DNA of 64,000 nucleotides from Pachysolen tannophilus NRRL Y-2460. Its lineage: Eukaryota. The stretch spans positions 760,954-824,953 of the forward strand of contig KV454014.1 in NCBI GenBank assembly GCA_001661245.1. Direction: 5' to 3'. Position 1 is the stretch's first letter, and every line of letters begins with the position of its first letter. The position numbers and the translations under genes were made by a program. The notes beneath the pieces were generated by a model. That model did not search any database. It worked only from the letters and a program-made list of their open reading frames with translations, and was not told the origin of the DNA. Positions 33,004 to 43,921 of the stretch are shown here, piece after piece.

Positions 33004-34957
33004 AATTATCATCATTATCATTATTATTATCAACATTATAAGAATTGTTCTTTGATCCTCTCATATTTCTGTTTCGTTTCAAGCCGAATTCCTCCGGAAT
33101 TGGTGTTTTGGGGAATTCTTCACTTTGTTGAGACAAAACACCAAGAGATTTGTTACAAACAGTTGCTGGGGATTCACGATTCATGTGGATATGATGCTGT
33201 TGATGATGCTGTTGAAGTTTCTGATGCTGTTCTTCGTTTATGCTAAAGGCAATTGACGATGCCCTTCTTCTATTACCAGTTTGATCGCTATTATTATTAT
33301 TATTATGATTTGATGCAAAAGTACAATCAGAAGGTACATTGTCCTTATAATTTTCATCCATCATTGCTACAAGTGAACCACTGCTTTTCCTAGTAATTGC
33401 AACTGATGATAACAAGTTGCTCAGCGATTTCCTCTTGGAAACCTTGAAAGGACCTGATTTACGGCGCGAAACTGGTGATGAAGCTTTATCTAATCGTGTT
33501 GATTCATTATCGATCGCTTCATCTTCATCTGAGCTAGAATGTAGAACAGAATCTGATTCTTCAGAACTTGAATCCATTGAAAGGTCTTCATATTCATCAT
33601 CTTCTTCTAATTCTTCTTGTATTCTAGTTTTCAAAAATGGTAATTTTTGTTGAGAAGCAGCAGTTTCAAATACTAATCTAATAGCTTCTGCTCTTGGTGT
33701 TAACAAGCTATCTGATGTATCATTTGACAGTTGATACAACGATGATTTTTCTTTATCATTTAAATTAGTTCTTTCTTTTAAAGTTGGAGCATCTAAAGCA
33801 GGTTTTGTAAAATTTTCATTTTTCAATACCCAAGGATGTTGTAATAATTCATCAATTGTAAATCTTTTATTTGCATCAGCAGTTAATAAATTTGATACTA
33901 AATCATTAGCTTCTTTTGAAATTTCAGACCACCATGGACTTAAGAAACAATATTCACTTTTGGAAACTTTTTCAGCTAAAACTTTAGGATCAGTATCATA
34001 AAATGGAGGAAATCCACATAATAAAGTATATAATACACAACCTAATGAGAAACAATCCACTGATTTTGAATAGGATTCATCTCTTAAGATTTCTGGAGCT
34101 GTATATCCTTGTGTTCCTACTGGAGTTCTTGTATTACTATTCCATAATACTTTTGATAATCCAAAATCTGCAACTTTTATAGTACCTATTGTTGCTCCAC
34201 CTACACCTTCAATAAATATCCCTTCATCAATTTTAGTATCATCATCAGATTGTCTTCTTGCCTTTAATTGTTCTTCTTTAGTACGGGGTTTAAAAGGAAT
34301 TGGTACAAATAGTAAATTTTCAGGTTTAATATCCCTATGTACAACACCAATTTCTTCATGAAGGTATCTTAAAGCATTAGCAACTTGAACTATAACATGT
34401 CTTGATAAATCTTCACTAAAATAAGTATATTTAATAATTTGATTAAAAATTTCACCTCCTTCTACAAATTCCATGAATAAAAAACAATATTTTGAATCTG
34501 TTGAATTTTTATAGTTATACAATTGAACAATATTTGGATGTTTTAATTTACTCATTATAGCAATTTCTTTTAAAATAGCATTTATCTGTTGAATAGTCAT
34601 ATTTGTTTTATCTATAATTTTTATTGCAACATTTTGTTTTTTAATATTATCAAATGCTTTATAAACTTCTGAAAAAGCACCTTCTCCAACTTTTTTTTCC
34701 AATACATAACGAGGTAATAATTCCGGATATAACGAATCAGAAACTGAATTCAATTTTTTTGAAATAATATCTTCATCTTTTATTATTTTTTTAAAATTAT
34801 CATTATTACTAGTATTTACCGTACTTGTTGTCTGGGCTGTGGAAACAGTTGAGACACTCGAAATCGTACTATTAGTATTAGCACTCAAATTCGTCTTGGT
34901 TGTTGATGATTTCGAATTTCGCCCAAAAAGATTCTTTAAGTTATCAAAGATAGCCAT
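32366..34957 (-). CDS. RCK2: CaMK-like MAPKAP Ser/Thr kinase (Rck2/Srk1 family)
   Basis: GEGAFSEV, GGEIFNQIIKYTYFSEDLSRH, HRDIKPEN, insert DDDTKIDEG..GVGGATIG, DFGLSK, FLSPWWSEIS. Confidence 0.9.
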
Positions 34958-35632
34958 ATCGTCTTCTTCTTTTTCTTTCTCCTCCTTCTCTATAACAACA
35001 AGTCTCTTATGAAATTAAAAATGCCAAAGAAATAAAAATAAAAAAAAATGAAATAAAGTAAATGAAAATCAGTAAAATAAAAAAAAAAAAAAGAAGTTTT
35101 AAGCCAATTTAAAAGCAAAACATTTATTAAATTATTTCGAAATCGGTAAATATACGTATAATCTGGGCTGTACCTTGAAAAGGATAAATTTCTCTTTAAA
35201 AAAATATATATATCAAACACCAATTAATAACCAATTTACCAGGTATCAATAGATAATTTATATATATATATATATATATATAATATTATTTTTTTTTTCT
35301 TTTCTATATATGTTTATTTGATAGATTTGTTATCTTGTATCTTGTATATTTATATATTTATTAATATATTTAAAACGTTTTTTAATGGGCGGTTCAATTT
35401 CGTAAAGGCACATTGCAAAGCATCAAAATCATCACTTCATCGAAAAAAATTAAAAAAAAAAAAAAATTATTGTTTACATTTTTCCTTACGGAAAACGCTG
35501 GATAGAAAATAGATCCAAAAGGGGAAATTCAGGAAATTTTTTTACCTGTATTTTAGTATTTTTGTATTAATTCAATTCGTGTTTTATTCCTAATTTGGAA
35601 GTTGGGTTTTTCTTATCAGTGAATTTATAACA

Positions 35633-35640
35633 TTACGTCA
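35633..35640. promoter_or_regulatory. CRE/ATF-type site upstream of RCK2
   Basis: TTACGTCA about 680 bp upstream of the RCK2 ATG. Confidence 0.3.
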
Positions 35641-36860
35641 GATTTTTATTTTTATTTTTTCTTTATTGTGGAAATTCTTTCTCCATTGTCTATTTTCCTC
35701 CATCTATCATCTTATTTTTCCGGAGAATTTTTCAAGTCTCCGGAAAACAGAGGTGATCTGAATTGTATCTGAAGTTTAAAACTAAATGTTAAATAGACTA
35801 AATAAACTATTTTTGCCAATCGCGACAAAGGAGAAGAGCAATCAATTATTTTTTTTTTTTTTTCTTGTTAAAGACTAGAAAATAGAAAAGATCTATACAA
35901 GGAATATGAACACTTTTCCACGCGGTAAAATATCGCATTAAATTAATTGAGAAATATATCTGCAATTATAACGACTACGTAGTTACGTAGTAAATACGGT
36001 CAATATTTTCACTTTAAACCTAGGTACACATGTAAAAAAAAACCAGAAAAAATTCAGAAAAAATTCAGAACAAACAAAGCAACAAATTAGAAATAAAAAA
36101 GTATTCATTTTTTATTGATTGATTGATTGATTGATTGGGGGAACCAGGATTTAACCTAGTCTAGCTAGGTTTAGTACATTAAAAATGGGTCTCTGATTGT
36201 ATATTTTTACCTACAATGGTTTAAAAATTTATGAACAATGTATTGGAATATTTTTAACAATAATTTTACTATTCTATACTACAATACGCAAAAAGCAAAA
36301 AAAACAAAAAAACAGAAAAAGAAAATACTTTTTTTTTGATTTGTTAGTAATCGAACTAATAATAGAAAACAAACAATTAATAAAGAATTTCAATACACAG
36401 TTAGAAAAGCAATAATTTTTTCAGATAATTCCCTTTTTCTGCTCAAGTCTTATTAGACATTCACACGGCACTTCCTATATAAATAATTAAAAATTAGGTA
36501 TATTTCATCATTTCAATTAATCAACAAAATCTGTTGATTTAAAACTAGATAATTGCTTTAACAACCCTGCTTGTGTACTTTCTCGCTTGCTAAAGATATA
36601 GATCACTCAATACATACTTCAAATGCAACATGTAATTTTTCTTTTAAAATTAATCACGTCCATAACTAATATATAATATATAATATATATATATAAAATA
36701 TAATATAAACGGAAAAATTTTCCTTACTGCCGTACAAAACAAATTGAATTTTTTTTTTTCGTTTTTTTGTTGTTGGCTGTTTTGGGAACTTTTGATTTAC
36801 ACACGCACTACTGTCAAATGGCTTTTTTCTTTTGGTCGTTTGTCGTTAACCGTTTGACCG

Positions 36861-36896
36861 TTTGATGTCTTTGATGTCTTTGATGTCTTTGATGTT
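36861..36896. repeat. 9-bp tandem repeat (TTTGATGTC) x4
   Basis: tttgatgtctttgatgtctttgatgtctttgatgtt. Confidence 0.8.
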
Positions 36897-37872
36897 TTTG
36901 GTAGTGTAAATTCAACTTAATTAAACGCTAGCTAACGTTAAGTTAAAGTATACGATCTAAATTATTTTTGAATTCAGGTACTTTTAATCTGAAATAGTAC
37001 TGGTCAGAATACATATTAAAATTAGGGTAACTAATTAATTAATTAATACCAGTACCAAAAAAGAAAGAACAAAAATGCAAAACAACCCAAAAAAAAGGCC
37101 AAAAGCAAAAAGCAAAAAGCAAAAAGCACAAAAAAAAAAAAATATAGGTTGCCGCGTTGCCGCGTTTCAGCGTTTCAGCGTGGAAACAAAGCTATTGTTG
37201 TTGTAATAATTAGTGTTTTTAAGGGTTCTACTTGTAACGAGATTTTAATGATCCTTGACTGTCTCGAGAAAATGATTGAGATACTAATTATACACCGATC
37301 ACAAAATCCTTGTCAAGGATGAATAAGCGACAGACATCTTTTCCATCATCTGAAAGGTAAAATAGAATAAGCTGTGATTTCAAAGTCCTGAGATCCTGAG
37401 ACATATTTAATCTAGTCTAGAACTAGAACTAGTTTTTGATCTCGATCTACTGTCTGAATTAGTTGGTTTTATGCAGGTTGGGAAAAGATTTTCAGAATGA
37501 AATAGTAAATTGTGCATAAACATACTTATCAAGATTTATTCATGTATATACCAAAGTCACATATCAACACGAAATAGAAAGAATCCAGAGTCTTTTGGTA
37601 CCCACTTTCATTCATTAATATGAAGTCGCAAAAACCACACGTTTCAAAAAAAAACGAAGCAAGATTTTCTTTTCAGTTTGTCATTTACTCCAATGCAAAA
37701 AACATGCAAGGATTCCAATTGAAGTCAACGATTGCAAAATCCATTTCTTCTTCTAAAACTAACTATAAATATACTGAAGATTTTCTCATTACTTCTTTCC
37801 TTTCCTTTTACTTTCTTCAACGCAAATCAATTTTTTAAAGGCAAATATACCTTGGTTTTTTTTTGGAAATCC

Positions 37873-39453
37873 ATGATACAACTCATTCGTTTCTTGCTAT
37901 TTGCACTCGTTGGTTGCATTAGCATTGTTACTTCTTTACCAATTTCTGGTGCCAAAACAGGAACTAAAAATTTTGATTTTGAAATCCAAAGGTCACAGAA
38001 AATAATTCCTCATTCAGCTTTAAGTGATGTTAGCCTTCTAGATAAAAGATTACTGAGTCATCAACAGTCAAAGCTTGGTGGCCACGGATCAAAATATCAC
38101 CATGATTATTCCACTTCAGATGATATTACTTTAGCTGATATTGAAAAAGCACTTTACCATTTAGAAATCACAATTGGTTCAGATCTCCAATTGCTTAAAG
38201 TCTTACTTGATATTGGATTCCCATATCTATGGATTATTGGCTCTGAAAATCCATTTTGTATTCCTCATGATCATCATCATGATGATCCAAATCCACAGAA
38301 TATGCCACATTATTTCAATGTGTCTGGTCCATTCCCACCATCACCACCACCTCCAGGTTCAGTTAATTGTTCGCTCTTTGGTACTTTTAACACTTCATTG
38401 TCGACATCTTTTGTCTCCAATGATGGTAACTTTTCCTTTTCATTCGATGATGACACCTTCGCTTCAGGATTCTGGGGTCATGATACAGTTAACATAAGCG
38501 GCTCAATCAATGTCGATCTTCCATTCGGGGTTGCAGATCATTCTAATTCTAGTACCCCTGTCTTAGGTGTCGGTTTGAAGTCCGATAACGTAGCTTCTAA
38601 TTATGAGAATTTACCTCTGAAATTGGTTAGCGAAGGAATAATCAGCAAGCCAGCATATTCCTTGTATGTAGGTGGTAATAACACTGGTTCAATTGTCTTT
38701 GGTGGAACTGATCCATCAAAATACACTGGTCAATTGTATACTTTACCTTTAGTTAACCCATTTTCAGTCAACGGTGTTGAAAGTCCAGTTGAATTTGACG
38801 TTACTTTATCAGGTGTTTCAGTTAATGGTAAGAGTATCACAGGTAATGATAAATACTACGCATTGTTGGATAGCAGTACTTCTTTGACTTATGCACCTTA
38901 TCCACTTGTTGTTGAACTTTCTCAAGCTTTAGGTGCTGCTTATTCAGATGACCTTGGATACTTCATAACCACATGCGCAACAGATGGGGCAGTGACATTT
39001 AACTTCCAAGGTGCTGTTATATCAGTTCCAGTTTCTGACTTCTTAATTCAGCTTACAGATGATTCAGAAAATTTACTCAAAGATACAACTGGTGCAGAAA
39101 TTTGTGGTGTTGCTATATTTGATTCTGGTGTTGACTCAGGTTTCATACTTGGTGATACTTTCTTGAAAAACGCCTATGTTGTTTTTGATTTGGAAGACTT
39201 GGAAGTCTCAATTGCTCAGGCAGCTCAAGCAGATTCAGTTAGTTCTAGCGCTTCTGCAACACCAATTGTAACTAGTGTTCCAGGAGCTAAGAAGGCTCCA
39301 AATTATTCAAAAACTTGGGGACCAACTAATACTCCAACAAAGACTTCATACTCTTTAAAGACCGCCACTCATAAACTTACCGGAGTTACTTCCAAAGCAG
39401 ATAACCAATTCATTAATTTTGCTAGTCAAAATCAAAAGCAAGGATCACATTAA
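37873..39453 (+). CDS. Secreted pepsin-family (SAP/yapsin-like) aspartic protease homolog with degenerate active-site motifs
   Basis: Signal peptide from ATG 37873, propeptide KR, VLLDIGFPYLW, PAYSLY, IVFGGTDPSKYTG, ALLDSSTSLTY, ILGDTFLKNAYVVFDL..EVSIAQA. Confidence 0.9.
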   Translation: MIQLIRFLLFALVGCISIVTSLPISGAKTGTKNFDFEIQRSQKIIPHSALSDVSLLDKRLLSHQQSKLGGHGSKYHHDYSTSDDITLADIEKALYHLEITIGSDLQLLKVLLDIGFPYLWIIGSENPFCIPHDHHHDDPNPQNMPHYFNVSGPFPPSPPPPGSVNCSLFGTFNTSLSTSFVSNDGNFSFSFDDDTFASGFWGHDTVNISGSINVDLPFGVADHSNSSTPVLGVGLKSDNVASNYENLPLKLVSEGIISKPAYSLYVGGNNTGSIVFGGTDPSKYTGQLYTLPLVNPFSVNGVESPVEFDVTLSGVSVNGKSITGNDKYYALLDSSTSLTYAPYPLVVELSQALGAAYSDDLGYFITTCATDGAVTFNFQGAVISVPVSDFLIQLTDDSENLLKDTTGAEICGVAIFDSGVDSGFILGDTFLKNAYVVFDLEDLEVSIAQAAQADSVSSSASATPIVTSVPGAKKAPNYSKTWGPTNTPTKTSYSLKTATHKLTGVTSKADNQFINFASQNQKQGSH

Positions 39454-39669
39454 TTTCAATTGAGCTCCGCAAGTTAAACAAATTTATTTTTTTCTTTCTT
39501 CTTATTATATTTATTATATTGATACGTGTATGTGTACCATACATTATACCATTTCATAATTTCATCAGTGGATTGAGTACTCAACTAGCTTCTAATGGAT
39601 TTTCCATCCCTTTCTACCTACCTTTTCCGTTTCATTTTCACTTTAAAAAGATGATTTCTTCTTTTTCCG

Positions 39670-39745
39670 CTTCTTCTTCTTCTTCTTCTTCTTCTTCTTC
39701 TTCTTTTTCTTCTTCTTTTTCTTCTTCTTCTCATTCTTCTTCTTT
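39670..39745. repeat. (TTC)n microsatellite / polypyrimidine tract
   Basis: Seen directly. Confidence 0.85.
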
Positions 39746-40082
39746 TTTTACACCTTTATGCTTACCATTTTCCTTCTTCTCTTCTTTTTCCTCTATCTTT
39801 GGTTCTTAAGAGTGTACGAATAACGCCCAATGTTGAACTAATATTGTCTTTCATAATTTATAAGTGAATAAAATTATGCTTATTGTTCCAGTTTCTTTTT
39901 TGGAAACCAACTATAGTAGTTTGAGCATCAACATCTAGTAATTAACAACTTTACAAAAGGTAATAAAAGTTTTGGTTGAATCTGATTAAAAAAATTATAA
40001 AAATACAAAAAGAAACAAAAAATATTTATTATATAAAGAAATAATTATACCTGGATATTAGCAAATTTCACCAAATCCAAAA

Positions 40083-43000
40083 TCATGTCTGAGCCAGAGC
40101 TTCGGCCTGATTTTTCAATTTGAATAACATATACTCGGCACTGTGACCAAATCTATTGAATCCAAAAACACCTGCACCAGGCAAGATAACTTCTTCATCC
40201 AATGTATTATTATCTTCTTCTTCCGTATCCTTTTCTGCTTCTTCATCTCTTTGAATTTCTTCGTCTGCCTTTTCGACTGTGACTGATTCTTTGTTGTCAT
40301 CTTCAATAGGCTTAATAACCCGTCTTCTTCTCTTAACTGGCGGCAAACCATCAAAAAATTCGGCTTTAGCCAGAATTCTTTTTCTCTCTTCTTCCTCTTC
40401 TTCGTCAACTCTAATCTCAGGCTTTGGCTTTCTTGGAATTCTTCCTTTGCCAAATCTCAACAAATCAGAATTTCTTTCATTAAAGAATTCTTGATTGATA
40501 ATACGATTGTTTACCACAACAGGAGGACCCCTAAACCATACGTTAGGTAATGGTGGTGAATTAGTTCCTCTACTACCTTCCAGTTCGGCATCTTTTTGTG
40601 ATTGTTGAAATTCATTAGCAATATAGGTTGAACTTTTCAATAATCTATCCTTGTTTTTCAAATCCAAGACATTAGTAAAAGCTTGTACTAACTCCCTATT
40701 GTTATTGATTAATTTCTGTAACCTATAAGGAATAAGAAAAGAGTTTGAGGTAGTTGATGGAATGAAGTTTGAAACACTGTGATGTAACTGGTTATAAGGA
40801 GACGATACAATTTTTGTAGAAAACTGTGTTTGCTGATGATTAGCATATTGATTATTATTAATCACACTTATGTTATTATTAACGTTGCCATAGTAATGCA
40901 GTTGCTGTAAAACTTGTGGATGCTGCCTATAAGCCTGTTGCAGTTGCTGCTGCAGGTGTTGTTGCAGTTGTTGTTGCAGTTGCAGTTGCAGTTGTTGTTG
41001 TTGCAGTTGTTGCTGCTGCTGTAACTGATGAGGCTGCGCTTGTTGTTGTTGAAATTGTTGAGTTTGCTGATGAAACTGGTGAGTGTGGGAAACCGGTTGT
41101 GGAGAACTATAGTGGGAAGAGGTTGATTTTTTAATAATCACGTTTCTTGCAGGACTTGATAAATACTGACCCAAATCATCATCCAAGGCGGGACCTCTCT
41201 TATAAACACCACCGATTAATGGTGGAGCATTTAATGATGCAATTATTGGTTCAGGGATAGGATCGCGTTCAGTTGCATTTGGAGGTAACAAATGCATCAA
41301 AGGTGAAGTAAATTTCTGGAAAAATCTCAAATTTCCATTTGGAAATGGAATAATCGGATCTTCAATTTCACGTACTTCATCTGGAATACATGCTTTCCAA
41401 GTTCTAATTTTATTGAAATTTTTATCATGATCAGAATATCTAAATTCACAAATAAATAATGGACCTTCAAATTTAAAAGCAGGTTCACCTCTTTGATATC
41501 TGGTAAAATAAGCAACGTAACACGGTCCAATAATATCTTCAACCAAATGATCTCTATATTGTCCAGTTTTGAAAACTTCATTTTCATAAAATAATCTATC
41601 CACTCTATGAACAGTTTGTTCTGGTCTATAATACCAACAAACATTAACATATCTTTTATTACCATCATCAGGAGTAGACCATATTCTAAAAATTTGTGCT
41701 GGGATTGGTTTAGTTTCATCGTTTGGATTTCTTAATAAAATCCAATCACCTACTTTATACGTATGATCATTAATTTCCAAATAATCAATTGGAACTCTCA
41801 TACCATGAGCATCACTAACTAAATAAGATGAATCAGGTTTTGCCAACTCTTCACTAATGATAACTTTAACAGTTTGTTCAAATTCCAAAATTTTTTGCAT
41901 CATTTCAGGGTTTGTATCTTGATAATATAATTTATTATTTTCAATAACTAAAAATAAATCATTTAAAAAACTTTCAACATTTGGATATTTTCTTTGTTTT
42001 GTTTTAATTCTAATATTATCAATACAAATTGGATTTGAAATTTTTTTATAATAATCAGGTTTAATTTGAATATTTGGTAATCTATCAAGGTCTGCGTATA
42101 ATAATTCACCTTTTGAATTTCTTTGTTTTTTCATATTTCTCATAATGTTTTTAATTCTTTGTTCATGAGGTTTATCAATAACAGGAGGTTTACCTCTTTT
42201 ATTCCAACTTTCTAAAATTTCACGTTGATTTGGATGAGGTGCTAAAGCTGTTGTTGTATTCAAGACGATTGGTGATGGTTTTGGGACCATTACCGGTTGT
42301 TGATCCATTGTGATAACAGTTGGTGTTGGTGTTGGTGTTGGTGTTCCAGAAGTAGACACTGTTCCATGAGAATTTGGAATATTTGTAGGAGCAGATATAT
42401 TATTATTATATGAGCCATTGTGTGAAGAATCTGCAGTAGCGTTATTATCATTATTATTTGTTTTAAAAGTACTATTGATTATTTGAAATTGTCCTGTTTG
42501 AGGCATTGACGATAATGGTTGGGCTTGAGGAGCCAGTACAGATATTCCAGAAGATTGTTCTCTTCGATTATGTACATTATTATTATGTTCAATATATTTA
42601 GGTCCCTTGTGGTTATTCTCAAGATGATCTCTGTTAACTGTAATGTTGACATCATCATTGTGATTAGCATTATCCGCATGATTATGTACTTCATGGTCTT
42701 GATGGTCTTCGTGGTCATCATGGTCTTCATCCTCATCCTCATCATCATCATCTTCTTCTTCTTCATCTTCGTCCTCATCATCTTCACCTTCATTTTCATT
42801 TCCATGAAGGGCGCCACCATCATTTTCGTTTCCATCACTTTGTAATTGCGTATATTCATCATCATTACCATCCTCCCCTGGTAAAGGACCCAAGGAAGGA
42901 TAAGTAACATCTTCATGACCAAACAAGTTTTCATCTTTTATAAGCAGGGGGATAATAATTTCTCTCAAGAATTCATCCAATACCATTGCATCTTTTGCAA

Positions 43001-43400
43001 TTGAACTTTCCTTTTCATTATAAAATCTTGCATTCCAAGTGATTTGAGCCAAATCTAATACAAAATGTTGAGGAACATTATAACGCCTATGTTTTAAATT
43101 TGCACCAACAGAATGTAAAGAAATTGGTCTTTTAATTATTTTATAATATTCAGTATTATTTCTCAATGGTAATCTTTGGAAAACTTCACTAATAGGATGT
43201 CCATTAGTATCATCTTTTAATTCATAAATTCTATCAAATAATGGTTTAATAGTATTTGCCAAATATTCTTTTTGTTCCTCTGTAGCCTTTGGTCTCTTTG
43301 GCTTATTATTAGAATTAGAATTATTGGAATTGGAATTGGAATTGGGACTAGAAATGGGATTAGAAATGGGATTTTTAGAAATTTTAATTTTTGTGGACAT
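40083..43400 (-). CDS. RSC2: RSC chromatin-remodelling subunit Rsc1/Rsc2 (two bromodomains, AT-hook-like, BAH)
   Basis: YYKIIKRPISL...DLAQITWNARFYN; KRGKPPVIDKPHEQRIKN; DYYKKISNP; BAH YKVGDW...VCWYYRPEQTVHRVDRLFY; WFRGPP; GHSAEY; ATG 43400. Confidence 0.93.
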   Translation of the reverse strand: MSTKIKISKNPISNPISSPNSNSNSNNSNSNNKPKRPKATEEQKEYLANTIKPLFDRIYELKDDTNGHPISEVFQRLPLRNNTEYYKIIKRPISLHSVGANLKHRRYNVPQHFVLDLAQITWNARFYNEKESSIAKDAMVLDEFLREIIIPLLIKDENLFGHEDVTYPSLGPLPGEDGNDDEYTQLQSDGNENDGGALHGNENEGEDDEDEDEEEEDDDDEDEDEDHDDHEDHQDHEVHNHADNANHNDDVNITVNRDHLENNHKGPKYIEHNNNVHNRREQSSGISVLAPQAQPLSSMPQTGQFQIINSTFKTNNNDNNATADSSHNGSYNNNISAPTNIPNSHGTVSTSGTPTPTPTPTVITMDQQPVMVPKPSPIVLNTTTALAPHPNQREILESWNKRGKPPVIDKPHEQRIKNIMRNMKKQRNSKGELLYADLDRLPNIQIKPDYYKKISNPICIDNIRIKTKQRKYPNVESFLNDLFLVIENNKLYYQDTNPEMMQKILEFEQTVKVIISEELAKPDSSYLVSDAHGMRVPIDYLEINDHTYKVGDWILLRNPNDETKPIPAQIFRIWSTPDDGNKRYVNVCWYYRPEQTVHRVDRLFYENEVFKTGQYRDHLVEDIIGPCYVAYFTRYQRGEPAFKFEGPLFICEFRYSDHDKNFNKIRTWKACIPDEVREIEDPIIPFPNGNLRFFQKFTSPLMHLLPPNATERDPIPEPIIASLNAPPLIGGVYKRGPALDDDLGQYLSSPARNVIIKKSTSSHYSSPQPVSHTHQFHQQTQQFQQQQAQPHQLQQQQQLQQQQLQLQLQQQLQQHLQQQLQQAYRQHPQVLQQLHYYGNVNNNISVINNNQYANHQQTQFSTKIVSSPYNQLHHSVSNFIPSTTSNSFLIPYRLQKLINNNRELVQAFTNVLDLKNKDRLLKSSTYIANEFQQSQKDAELEGSRGTNSPPLPNVWFRGPPVVVNNRIINQEFFNERNSDLLRFGKGRIPRKPKPEIRVDEEEEEERKRILAKAEFFDGLPPVKRRRRVIKPIEDDNKESVTVEKADEEIQRDEEAEKDTEEEDNNTLDEEVILPGAGVFGFNRFGHSAEYMLFKLKNQAEALAQT

Positions 43401-43873
43401 TGGCGCCAAATTAAAATTTAAAAAAGAAAGAAAAATTAAAATTATCAAATTTGATTAGATTAAATCGAATCTTTCAATCTAAATCTAACTCACACACTTT
43501 TTTTCTTTTTTGATTATTTAAAAAAGAAAAAAAAAGAAAAATAAAAACAAAAAAATAACCCTAAAACACAGGATGAGTTTTTTTAATTTTTTTCTTTTTG
43601 TTTTTTTTTTTTGGTGTTGTTATTTTCGAAAAGGTTTAAAAAAAAAAACGAACAAAAAAATTTTCGGGAAAAAGAACAAAAAAAATGAAGAAAACTTGAG
43701 TTTTTAATGCACTACTAGTTTTATGCTAAAGAAAAAACCAAGGTTAATGGAGTCGTGTTTGATTAATTAAATAAATTGTGCGCTATTAACTTATTTTGAT
43801 TATTTACACCACACACGACTTTCTTCTTTAAACAAGTTTTTAAAATAGAGACTGTCTTGGGTGACAAGGTGGT

Positions 43874-43921
43874 GTGACGCAAGATATGACGCAAGATATG
43901 ACAAGAAAATGTGACAAGATA
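43874..43921. repeat. Degenerate 12-bp tandem repeat (TGACGCAAGATA)
   Basis: gtgacgcaagatatgacgcaagatatgacaagaaaatgtgacaagata. Confidence 0.7.

Noticed and set aside
39519..39809. Ser/Phe-rich 96-aa ORF
   Set aside because: Non-ATG start; driven by the TTC microsatellite
43874..43921. Short direct repeats as a possible CRISPR or telomeric array
   Set aside because: Tandem, degenerate, no spacers, eukaryotic chromosome-internal context
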